DNA of 53,016 nucleotides, counting the filler, from Catajapyx aquilonaris (Eukaryota), in NCBI GenBank assembly GCA_000934665.2. It is 2 parts of 2 records of this genome, joined end to end, with 100 filler letters (N's around TTAATTAATTAA, not from the genome) between each part and the next. Parts side by side here need not be neighbours in the genome. Positions count along the whole stretch, not along the records: positions 1 to 26,456 come from JYFJ02005199.1; positions 26,557 to 53,016 come from KZ539304.1. The stretch is one strand, 5' to 3'. Below, in pieces: positions 23,046-34,100 of this stretch (within the stretch, counting starts at the first letter, position 1; every line of letters begins with the position of its first letter). Below the pieces are notes generated by a model. That model saw only the letters and a program-made list of their open reading frames with translations, was not told the origin of the DNA and made no database searches. Made by a program: the position numbers and the translations under genes.

Positions 23046-23144
23046 GTGTACTTTGCTGGCCACTTGGATGGCCACATTAATGACGTGTTCTGTGGGCACT
23101 TGTTTGGAATGGGCACGTCCTTTTTGAAGAAAGCAGAGAAGTGA
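23046..23144 (+). CDS. CNOT7: CAF1/CNOT7-family deadenylase, terminal coding exon
   Basis: Acceptor tttgtcttcacAG. Translates VYFAGHLDGHINDVFCGHLFGMGTSFLKKAEK with stop TGA at 23142-23144. Matches the CNOT7 C-terminal YCGHLYGLG motif. Confidence 0.88.
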   Translation: MYFAGHLDGHINDVFCGHLFGMGTSFLKKAEK

Positions 23145-24471
23145 AGCAAGAGGAAAGCTTCTTCATGGTGTGGATGCCGCTTATCTTATAACTTATCTTT
23201 TTTTACCGGGAATACTCCTGGAAATTTTTGACCTTACTTTATCCTTGTGTGTGTGTTTTTTTTTTACTGGAGCTTTTGGTTTTCTCCTCTTCAAGTCTGC
23301 ATATTTTAGTCCATGTTTATGGATATTCAGGCATTTATTTTATTTTTGTAAAAATCAATCAATTCCATAGGTTTACACTTGTGGAAGACCAGAAAAAGTG
23401 ATAAGAGATTATACAGGATAACTTTTAAGTTTTTAAATACCCCCCTTCCTCCATGACCTTGAAACTCCCAGTTTGCCTTGATTTTTAACTTTGATTGAAC
23501 TTTTTTTTTTGGCATGGTTCCTGTGCACTCAAAAAATTCTTTACCATAAAAAGTTAGACTTTTCAGAATGTGTGAATTCTGGGATTATTCTCGTAATGGG
23601 GAAGGGGAATATTTTAATTGATAATTTTACAAAATGTAGTTTTTTGCTTTTAATTTTTCCCTTGTCATGGTTCAAATAAGTTTTTTGGGCCATTGAATGA
23701 GGCAGTGTATTATTTTATCCCACCCTTAGGCTCAAAAAGCAAGGAGAAGTTTGATTTATTTTCAGTTTGTGGAAAGTGTTTATTTTGTAATTTTTGTAAA
23801 CCCCTGTCTCAAATGTTTTAAAAGTTTGTCTGTGGATAAAAACCTACAAGGAGAAACTGGAAGTTTTATTATTTTTTTAAATGATGGGTAATCAATTGTC
23901 TCAGACTTTGCAGCTGCAGGTACTGTAAGTGTTGCTTATTTTGTTAGTTAACCCCTTCGGCCCCGGCTATACCGGCCATCGCCTAGTTTTCCACTTACGA
24001 GTACTCTGAAGACAACATATTTTACACAAAATAACAGCTATACTTACCCGATCCAGGAAAACAATATGAATAACAATTTTCCTTGTCTAGAAGTCCCTAA
24101 ATTAATTTCCTAAAGGATTGCTGTCAAACTCGAAATTCGAGTGCTTACTACTTGGCTGATTTAATTATGGAACATGGAATAACAATATTGACAAATATTG
24201 CTGAAATCGTCGTTATCTGCGCGAAATAAATTATTTCTTGGTTTTCCCTGAAGAGTGGTAGGCAGTACTTCAAATTCCAATTTTTAAAGGAGGGGACCCC
24301 ACTGGCCCCGCTTGCCACCACCCAATTGCTCTAATCAATACAAGCACAGAGATTATCACAGCCATGATGGAAGATAGGCTAAGGAGATGGGCGAAGGATT
24401 GGAATATTTTGCCGGAATTTCAGGCAGGTTTCCGACCTGGTAGAACACATTGGATCACCTATTCACATTAA

Positions 24472-24824
24472 GGGTGGGATGAAGGTCCCGGCGCTTATGG
24501 AGGTTGACATGTTAAATGTCGGGCCTAATAACTCCATAATTACTGAACAGAAGGACAGGAAATTTTTGACACAACACGACACAACAACCCTTGTCAAGGC
24601 TTTGTTGAGCGATTTTGCTCATTTGGTCCTTATTCTTCACAGGACATTATTTCCTCACATGCCTTCAAATTCCTCTCAGTTTTGTGATTTTCATAATTAA
24701 CTGAATCCCTTAACAGGTTTTGCTCAACGTAGCCGTGACAAGGGTTGTTGTGTCGTGTTGTGTCAAAAATTTCATATCATTCTGTTCAGTAATTACGGAG
24801 TTATTAGGCCCGACATTTAACATG

Positions 24825-24890
<66 letters not shown>

Positions 24891-25363
24891 TGGGGTAGTG
24901 CTTTCACCCCCAACTGGGGGTATATCACACGTTCCTTTATTTTTGTTATTATTATTTTTACAGTAGCTGGTGCAGGGACAAGGAAGGGGGGACACTGGTG
25001 CATGTGCAATCTCTCGTTGGGGGTCGTGTGCAGTCCCCCAGGGGGGACCCCCCTGGGGGACTGCACACGACCCCCAACATGAGCCCCCCCTAGATGCGGG
25101 TCAGAAACCCCGACTGACCCGCATCTCCTCCAGGACAGGGAAAGGAGGGAAGCGGCTGTGGCCTATATTACGTACGATCCCGGAAATTATTCCTGGAGTG
25201 ACCTTGGGAAACCACAGAAAACCAAGGTCAGGATCGCCGGCCTCCGGGATTCGAACCCAGGACCTCCCGATTAGCAGTCGGACACCATGTCCACTACACC
25301 ACTACTGCTTCGGTGACATTTAACATGTCAACCTCCATAAGCGCCGGGACCTTTATCCCACCC
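24472..25363. mobile_element. MITE with ~140-bp TIRs at a TTAA site (Kolobok- or Harbinger-like termini)
   Basis: TTAA-GGGTGGGATGAAGGTCCCGGCGCTTATGGAGGTTGACATGTTAAATGTC... is mirrored at 24720-24825 plus 25315-25363-TTAA. Confidence 0.88.
24826..25314 (-). mobile_element. tRNA-derived SINE with (TTA)n tail
   Basis: Box B GGTTCGAATCC on the minus strand (~25247-25257). Perfect 14-bp TSD GACATTTAACATGT (24812-24825, 25315-25328). Confidence 0.92.
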
Positions 25364-25750
25364 TTAAACACCCTGATTCAAAAATATACAATTAAGCCGA
25401 AGCCTCTGCACAGCTTTCATTGACATGATTGGTTATGATAAACTATTCCGTAAACTTTCTTACCTTGTACTAGGAGGCAGATTTTTGCAGTTGACCCGTG
25501 CCACAATGTGGACAACGTGGACGGCCACAATAGAGAGGAACGATGATGGACCACCGCGCCTCGTGGACCACTGTGACCCCATACTCCCATACTTCATTTT
25601 TGCACCTTTACTATTTAATCTATAGCTAGTTGATATAGTCCAACTTTGGGAGAAGAACGTAGAACGATATCCCAGGAGTTAATTTTGGTCCAAATAAGAA
25701 AGACCTACACTGTCAGCAATTCCCTTTTTCCCTCATTCTCCCTAACTAAC

Positions 25751-26273
25751 TGGAACGGAGGTCACTTTTGGTCAGTTTTTCATCCAACAAATAGGATGGA
25801 ACAAATAGGAAGAAAATCGGTTGGAAACTACGGGATTTGCTAAATTAACATGTACCCCTCAAATAAAGGTCAAGGGGTCAATATGACCAGTTCTTTTTAT
25901 GCACGTTTTGCACCCATTGGGGTGGACTACCTCCCCAACAAATTTGGTTAAAATCGATGGGAAACTGGGGGATTTGCAAAATTGACCTGTACAGCCCAAA
26001 ATGAAGGTCAAGGGGTCAATATGACCAGTTCTTTTCATGCACGTTTTGCACCCATTGGGGTGGACTACCTCCCCAACAAATTGGAAGAAAATTGGTTGGA
26101 AACTACGGTTTTTATTAGCTAAATTGACTTTTGACCCCTAATAGAGGGGTCAAGGGGTCATGGAACGGAGGTCACTTTTTATCAGTTTTTCTCCTATTGG
26201 GGTCGGCCACCTACCCAACAATTTTGAAGAATATCGGTTGGAAACTACGGGAATTGCTAGATTGGCATGCACA
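25751..26273. repeat. About four tandem ~140-bp units (Helitron/Helentron-type minisatellite)
   Basis: ggtcaaggggtca at 25868, 26006 and 26148. cccattggggtggactacctccccaacaaatt and ggttggaaactacgg recur. Confidence 0.85.
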
Positions 26274-26359
26274 GTACTTAACAGGTACTTTATTCTGATG
26301 ATGAAAAGAATTAAATAAAAATAGGCAGTAAAACTGCAGAAAACTATTCTTCCTCTGGG

Positions 26360-26456
26360 CAGGGAGCATATACTACATAAGAGGCGCAAACTTCTGTCAG
26401 GCCATTGTTGTTAGCGTCTCTCTGTTTATAGGGCGTTACTAAGGCCGGCGGCCATC
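26360..26456. mobile_element. Left end of a P-superfamily-like TIR element, cut off by the contig end
   Basis: Begins CAGGGAGCATATACTACATA, identical to 2591-2610. Confidence 0.6.
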
Positions 26457-26556
26457 NNNNNNNNNNNNNNNNNNNNNNNNNNNNNNNNNNNNNNNNNNNN
26501 TTAATTAATTAANNNNNNNNNNNNNNNNNNNNNNNNNNNNNNNNNNNNNNNNNNNN
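26457..26556. other. Artificial contig spacer with stops in all six frames
   Basis: Exactly N44-TTAATTAATTAA-N44 (100 nt). Sequence character changes abruptly across it. Confidence 0.95.
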
Positions 26557-29500
26557 CTAGTTACAGAAACCGCCGCAGTGGCGCTTTCCCATGTTAAACT
26601 CGCATAGACGGTGGCGACACTGCGGAATTTTTCCATGAGGCTCCGTAATATGCCGTGGGCTACTACTCATACCTTTCTGGCTAAGCCTCACTTCCTCCCC
26701 TCCACTCCCCATTATTCCCACACGAGACCTTGCAAGGAAAAAAATTAAAAAGCTGGATAAAAAATACGCCTTTTGTCTCATGCCATATCCTTATTCAACA
26801 CTATATGCACCACCCAATTCCATTTATGGGCCCATGACGCATGCTGCTGTTCATCTTTTTGCCACAACCATCCCGGATAAATCATGTGTAATGCAAGCGA
26901 ATGTCAGACCCAAAGGGCAGGTTGTTTCGATGAAATAAGTCAACCGCAAGGTGATCTGTTAGCCAGGGGTTTTTTTTCCTCGTCGCCTCAATACTGCTAT
27001 CATAATGCTTGATACGCTAACGTGATAAACTCATAAACCAATGTGATGAGGCCCTCCTCTATAATCACCGGTGGCATGTTCCGCTTTAAAAAAAAATATT
27101 ACTCGCATGGGCTTAATTCTGGAGATTGGCTGCAGAGTAACGAATCATCTGGGTTAATGGAGGCGATAAATGACAAATAATGCCCCAAGTGCTATATTTG
27201 AAATTGAAATCTACTTTATCATGGTGTTAATACAGCAATAACCGCGGCTGGTTAATAGCTCGTACAAACTAGTCACTTGTAACCTCGTTGTTCGGTGCGC
27301 AGTATGTTCCTTATACGCCAACCGCTATACGTTTGGAAAGAGAGAGAGAAAAAATATTGACCCCCTCCGCACTTAATGAATTGATTTCAACACGTTATCG
27401 AGCCAATTTCCTCTGGGCTCCCTGAAATCGCAGTATCGAACAAGCGATTGAACCCGAGCACGCGATGAAGTCGAGGTTCTGCAGACCAGAAAATTTTTCC
27501 CAATGCACCTCTCTCTCCACCTATATTGCGAGGTCATTAATCCCCGCCTTCATAGCTCTATGGTGGGCGGATAACAGCCCTTGCAAGATCTCCACGGAGT
27601 TATTTTTATTTTACGATGGTGTGGACCCAGCTATTTGAAGTGGACTCGAGCTAAAAGCTTAAGATGTTAAAGAGCTGGTTTCAAATGGAGCGTTTTACAT
27701 GCACCTGGCTGCCCTTGTTAGTGCTGACCCCTCCGAACCGTTTTCTATGGGCGGGGTGAGCGGATGGAAGAGGTCAGGGCAGGGCGAATGGCGTCCCTGG
27801 CATTCAGAAATCGTTACCAAAGGTTTCCACGAGGCGATAAAACGTCCGAGGGGAAAATCTGTCATCCCACTGCCACTCCGATTCCTCCAAATAAATCAGG
27901 AGAGAGGAGGTAAAATCAAGTGGGGGGGTCAAACTAGGATTTGTGCCCACATGTTGGTACATAAGTGTCGACATATTGGCTTCCTGTCCTATTTCATTTG
28001 AAGATTTCGTTTCAGAGTTCACTTCTTCGCTTGGCAACTGGTAGACAGAACCATCAATAATTTTGGCTCCGATGCATTAAAGATAGCTCTTTGTGCTGTT
28101 GCGATTCCATTTTTCATCCGCGAACGTTAATAACTGATGAGAGCTTTTAAGAGCCCTTTATCCAGTTATCATACAGGTGCTTCCTCCATAATAAATTATT
28201 ACTCTTCATAAGTGGTGCTCAATTCTAGTTTAACACTGCATTAAAAGCCTCTCCGAAGAGCCTTCTACATATTTGTTGCACGTATGGGACAAGTGCATCT
28301 GTCTGGCCAGTTCATTTAGATAATATGCCTATTTTAAATGAGAGGGCTTTTAATTAAGACCCTTCATAGGGTGTTGTGGCATGTGCGCAGGTAACAGCTT
28401 CATTCGTGTCCGGTTGACTCTTTTAGTCGTGATTAATCTGCCTGGCGACATGAATGGACTTAATTGAGGACAAAAGTGGAGCCAGTCCATAGGAGAGAGT
28501 GAGTCTGCCAGCGTCTTCTAAGGGATCTTGCTTCGTCTACAGTGAAAGACAAGGTAATCAGCAGAGGAGCCTCCCTTCAGCTGACTCTCATGTGCTTTGT
28601 TTGCCCTTGTTTGCTTTTATACAACCCGGCGATGACTAGTAATCTGATGGAGAGACAAAAGGAGAGGCTTAACTGCCACGTCTGAAGGCGCCCAGGGGAG
28701 GTCCCCAGTAATCGTACACAATTAAGAGCTGTTATGCCATGCCTAACGAGTCAAATCTTTTAATTCGAAGAGTCAAGAGTGATTGGCGACATGCAAACAA
28801 TGCACAATCAAATAAAACAATTAGACAAAATCGGCCTAATGAATTCGGCATATCCGGAATGGGCGGGCATAAAGCGCATATCCAGCCGGCTCTAAAAATA
28901 ATTGTTGGCGTGCTTGTACATATTTGATACGCCACGCAATAGGCCTACATTACAGCACTATAAAGCGCACGCTGTATACATTTGAAAATGGCCCGCTATC
29001 TGTTTAATTTTTCATTTTCATGACATCCACGCGAAATCCCTCCCTCCGGAGCACATATTAAATCACTTTCCAACAGGACCATAACAACCCCTGGCTGCCG
29101 ATACACCACTGCTGCACCACCGGCTGTCTCAGTGTTCGACCCCCCGATTCCAATGACCAAGATTGGAGCAGTGAAGCTTATTACGAGCCAGGAAACCTAT
29201 AGAGGCAAGCTGATGAGAGGCAACCCGGCGGAATGGGGATACTTGTCACTGATGTATATGCCCTCCCAAGAGTAATATCCTCCCCGTTTCTGGCGGCTCC
29301 ATAAGTGTACAGGCCCACCCCTCCCTTTTATTTTTATGGGCCCGCCAGACTTCCAATACCCGCGGGCACGACAACGTTCGTCCTCAGCTTCTCCATACTC
29401 CACATAACATCATATTATATACACACCCCAACCCTCCAAACCGCTTTGGGCTCGTCTATCCATCTTAGTGTCTTTCCCTCCGAAAAAAATGCCATCCGCC

Positions 29501-31122
29501 CCATTGCATTCTAAGGGCACGGGTACAGACTGAGTCATCCGTGTATTCATTAGAAGTGCAATACCGTTCGAAGAAAAGAAAAAACGAAATGGAACTGGAA
29601 AGCGCCAAGGTAAATCCCACGTGCTCTTTCGGGCGAAATGAAATTGGATAGTTCTAGCGGGAAACATGGCTCCTGCTTATCAGTCCTTCTGCTCAAACGG
29701 TCAAGTTGATGGAGAAACAAAAATGGGCAGACGCTGCAGCTCCAGGAAGATTTGGGCCCCTGATAAAACCTCGGGCTGGCTCTGCGATAACGCCCCCTCC
29801 CAGTTTAACTATGCGAGCTCCCCAACATGACTTCCCGGGCACATTTATCTCCATTAATCACACTTATGTCAGACTGTTAAATGAGTTACACGACGCGCCT
29901 CGGCCGTGCCCCCGACAGGTCACGAGAAATTTTCTCTCCCAAGTTATAGGCCAACCCATTTTCTTCTCCGAGCCTTCCTCTACCTCCTTCTCGCCTTAAA
30001 AAAACAGTCCACCTAGTAGGATCACCTAGGTCAACAGACCGTTGCATAATGTCCCCCATTACGGATACAAGACGACGGAGACAAACCGAGTGAAAGTGGC
30101 CAAAATTACGTCACGGGATCGACCAGTTCCCATAAGGCTTGTTGATTCAAGGGAACCTTCCTCCGGCAAAGTTTGGCCATCCAGATAGATGGCACTCTAT
30201 GAAACGAACTTGCGTCCTTTTCTCCCCCTCCCTCCCTCCCTTCCCAAAACTCGGTGCTTGCAGAGCTAATAAGCCGTGAAGCTGCTAGTCGGTACGGTCG
30301 ACCAAATTTGGGAGGCGGAAGGACCCAATCTCACCTTTACCTCCTCCCCTCAAGTGTCGGCTGCAATAGCTGGCCAATGGCTCCTCTGATGAGCCTGCTT
30401 CTCCTCCCCCCCCTTTTCCCTCACTCTATGAACTCATCGAGGTGATTACGCCCCCTCTGCGGTCATCGTTACTAAGGAAATTCACGCCCTAAGGACCTTC
30501 TCTTCATTAAAACTTAAGGTATCGCTGATTGCCAACCCGAATATTTCCGAGTCTCTCCGGGAGAGCCCACAAAGCGCTTGCAAATTGCATTCCCCCAGCT
30601 CCAAAACAAGCCCTATTCAAAATATTACAAGCGATAAATGTTGTTTCCGGGTGTTATCCTGATAGCGACGCAACCCACCAGGCAGCCCCTCCGTGCCGTG
30701 TGGTCCAGCTTACAGGCGCTCTTATCACTGTATTACCTGCAGATTACTCAAGGGGGCGGAAGGAGTGCGTGGTTTACGTCGGCAAACAAAGAGAGGCAGT
30801 AATCCTTTTAGCGAACCGCGGCATCCTTTGAACTCTCTAAAAGCCTACCCGATCAGTTACACAGGGAAACCATTACAGTGTAGGATCCTAGGTCAAAAAA
30901 GGGGGAGGGAAGCCTTTAAAAAAATTTAAAAGTGATTAAAGCCTGGGCTCGGCTGACAGTATTCGTGATCCCTCTCGCTTGTTGCGAGTCATCTTTTATG
31001 TCTCTGAAATATTCAGGGCCCCGCAAATGGACTGGGGGCCCTCGCCGGCCTTTGCAACTTTAACTAACTTCATGAGGAGGTGGGAAATTCTTCCGCTATT
31101 TAAGCTCCCCGGCTTTCACCTC

Positions 31123-31168
31123 NNNNNNNNNNNNNNNNNNNNNNNNNNNNNNNNNNNNNNNNNNNNNN
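31123..31168. other. Assembly gap
   Basis: Run of N. Confidence 0.99.
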
Positions 31169-34100
31169 GCATTCCAAATATACCCAGCCCGCACTCGCGT
31201 ATAAGATTGTTAGATCGGCGTACAAAGCTGCATATTTGAAAGGCGTGCCGGACTGCCTGGTCAATACATGGACACAGATCAATAGTCCCACACTTACACT
31301 TATCCACGTCCATAATTTGCAATGATGGTAATAAGCGCCATACAACCTGTAATGTGCAGGTGTGAGAAGGCAGTGATGTTCAATATTGCGATCTGGTCTG
31401 CGTGACTGTCGTGACACGGAGGCGTTTCAAGGGCCAAAACAGTCTGTAAAATCAGTGTGACGCACTTCGCAGAACAAAATGGTCAAAATGAAATTCCCCA
31501 GGTTGCCTAAGTCCGCGCAGCCTGAACAGGGGGCAGAGTCACAAATGAAAACGACTAATAACACACTGCTGCGTATATATAGAGCTGAGGGTGGGGGTAG
31601 GAGGTGCGGCGGGGGGGCGGTGGCCAAAATGCATATATTCCGATTGAAAAGACCGCCATGGCCCGGGTTTTCGGCGAGGCATTCACCCATGGCACGTCCC
31701 GGACTCCTCTCTTGTCTTCCCGGATAATAACCGACATTCACGCTGCTGCCATCCTCACCCTTTTCATCCCTGTCTATTCCGACGCCCTTTAGCTCGCTTC
31801 CTAGCGCTTTTATTGGAAAGCCCGTTCACAGTGTTGCACCTCAATAGCTAACAGTTCAAATTATGCGGCGGCCTCAAACCCGTCAGGTCAAGCGCGGCTG
31901 CAGCAGGGCCCCGCCGTGTTTTTGCCCCGCTCAAAAGGCTTTAATTGAAATTAAAGGCTGTGGAATGAGCCCCAATAGACACTGCATATACTGCATGTGG
32001 CAAGATGAACAAAGGCTCTCTAAATGGTGTTGTGCATGTCCACGTCACTTGTTGGTTGCTGTCAGATCTGATGCCTGAATTACTTTTAATTGCCTGCTTA
32101 CACACACTCGCTGCCGTGCACATATTAGCTTAGAAAAGAAGCATAGCAGCAGCCCCGACGGATTATCTACTCCTTTATAAAGCAAAGGCAGCCTTTAGGG
32201 ATTAGCCTAGCTGCAAGGCCTCGGCGTATGGAGACAAAATTTCATCACCGCCCGAGACATGTGTCCACAATGGCACTTTTGTTCGCTTTCTCCGGAGGAA
32301 GGGAGGTCCCTGGAATTACTTCAGAGAAGCTCAACTTTCAATTTCCGTCATGGCTAAAGGAAGGTCGTGGCTCGGCCAGATTTCATATCGTACTCTCAAG
32401 TTCCAAGAGACTCAGCATCCCGTAGCAGCAGTTCGACCGACAGAAGCACATCCGGAAGGCCACATGTGTGCCTAACTGTCTCTTTGGACAAAACCCGAAG
32501 CCCAAGTGCCTGATAACTTTACAACTTTTATTCCGCTTTTTTTTCTTCCAGGCCCCCCTCCCCCCCGGATAGCAACGCCTCCGGGTACAAAATTCTTGTA
32601 GTTTTCCGATGCAAACGACGCGGGTAACACTTGCTCCTCTAATTTGAGATAAGTGCTCACCAATTTCGTGCGTATCTCAAGCCCTAATTCATGGAGAGAG
32701 GTCGACGCCCAAATCAGAGCCAGACGGCCCAGGGCGACAAGAAGAAAATCAAGTGCACAGAGGCGTCGAGGGAGCCTCTTTCTCTCTATAGTATGTATAG
32801 GAACCACGCGATTTTCCTACCACATAAATTACCACACAAGGCACAATGAATTAGAGTATAAAGTACCCAGATTGGGTGTGATAGGCTTTATAGCCCTTCT
32901 GAGTGCTATTATGATGCAAATAGCCCTGCCTTTTTTGCCGTCTCGTTATAGCCAGATACTATGTGATTGCGAGACTACAACATTATCGAGGAGGAGTGCA
33001 CAATGAGAAATGCTTTGCAGGCCTATATATTCACTGCTGCAAAGAGGAGGAAACATGGGCCACCTCAATTTCGAGAATCGCGCTGGGGCTTCTGTTTGGA
33101 GGATTAAGCAATATAGTAGCAGGAACTTGGAAAGCTACAGTATAAAAGTTTTGGCTGTCGAAAATCGATAAGGATTTCCCCAGTTGGGGTAACGCGATCC
33201 AATTCAGCGACAAAGAGACTCGACGAGGAAGGGAGGGAGGAGTCGAGGAAATGCTTGCAAGAGTTGACAACCTCGACACAAAAGTTAAAGGAGCAAGACA
33301 AATTAAAATCCAGCCGGTATCACGCTCCTGGATTTACAACCAGCAATGTACTCACTGGTATATATACCCACCAGTATAGTTTGAGGTCCAATTAGATACC
33401 ACCCCTCCTAAATAATTCTCCCCCACTCCTAACCGATTACCACCAACGACATGCAAACACGCTTGTCTCCACACCATCGCTGGCCATTAAGCAAAGGAAA
33501 GGCGGAATGGCGTTAATTCGTCACCATCCTAAACACCACTTTGCGTTTTGGCGGCCGTAATTGAAGGCAGGCCTCACGTAATGGCCTCCCACTTTTTTCC
33601 CGCCCTTTTGCAGCCGCCATGTCTCTTTTCGAGGGGGGATGGGAGTGTGGTCCAACCAACCGGTTTCCGACTCCAAAGTGCCACGAACTGCTGGACCTGC
33701 AAACTACATATTTCCATCGCCATTTCACGCTCCAGAAAAAAAAAATCGGGGGAAGAATAGTCGAATTTTGCAGCTTTGAAAAAAAACTGTTACAAGAAAA
33801 ATTTTCGCTTTCAAAAGAGGGGCCCCCCGGAACCCCCCCTTCTCTGCAAAAATGACAGCCACTTCTTTCTGGGAATTAAACCGGCTGCTCAATCAATCTT
33901 TTGGATCGACATCGTGTCTCATCAATCAACCTCAGTCTTAAGCTTTTACTTCCAGGAGAAGGTATTAGAAGTGTGGCGAAGGGGGAGGCAGAAGAAGGGA
34001 GGTGGAGGAGGTGGAGGAGGGTTGGTGATAGCTTTAATATGACTGCGATGATCAATTACATTTACTCGCCACTAAATTTGCGTTTAAACTATTTTTAAAG

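Larger units (their letters stand above)
24230..25450 (+). mobile_element. LINE reverse-transcriptase fragment split by a MITE
   Basis: FPEEW*..IPIFKGGDP...PIALINT...RLRRWAKDWNILPEFQAGFRPGR../LDHLFTL resumes after the insertion as NTLIQKY...AFID. Confidence 0.85.

Noticed and set aside
31540..31625. Minus-strand TATA-like, Inr-like and GC-box arrangement
   Set aside because: TATA-to-Inr spacing is imprecise, there is no DPE at +28, and no downstream gene is evident.
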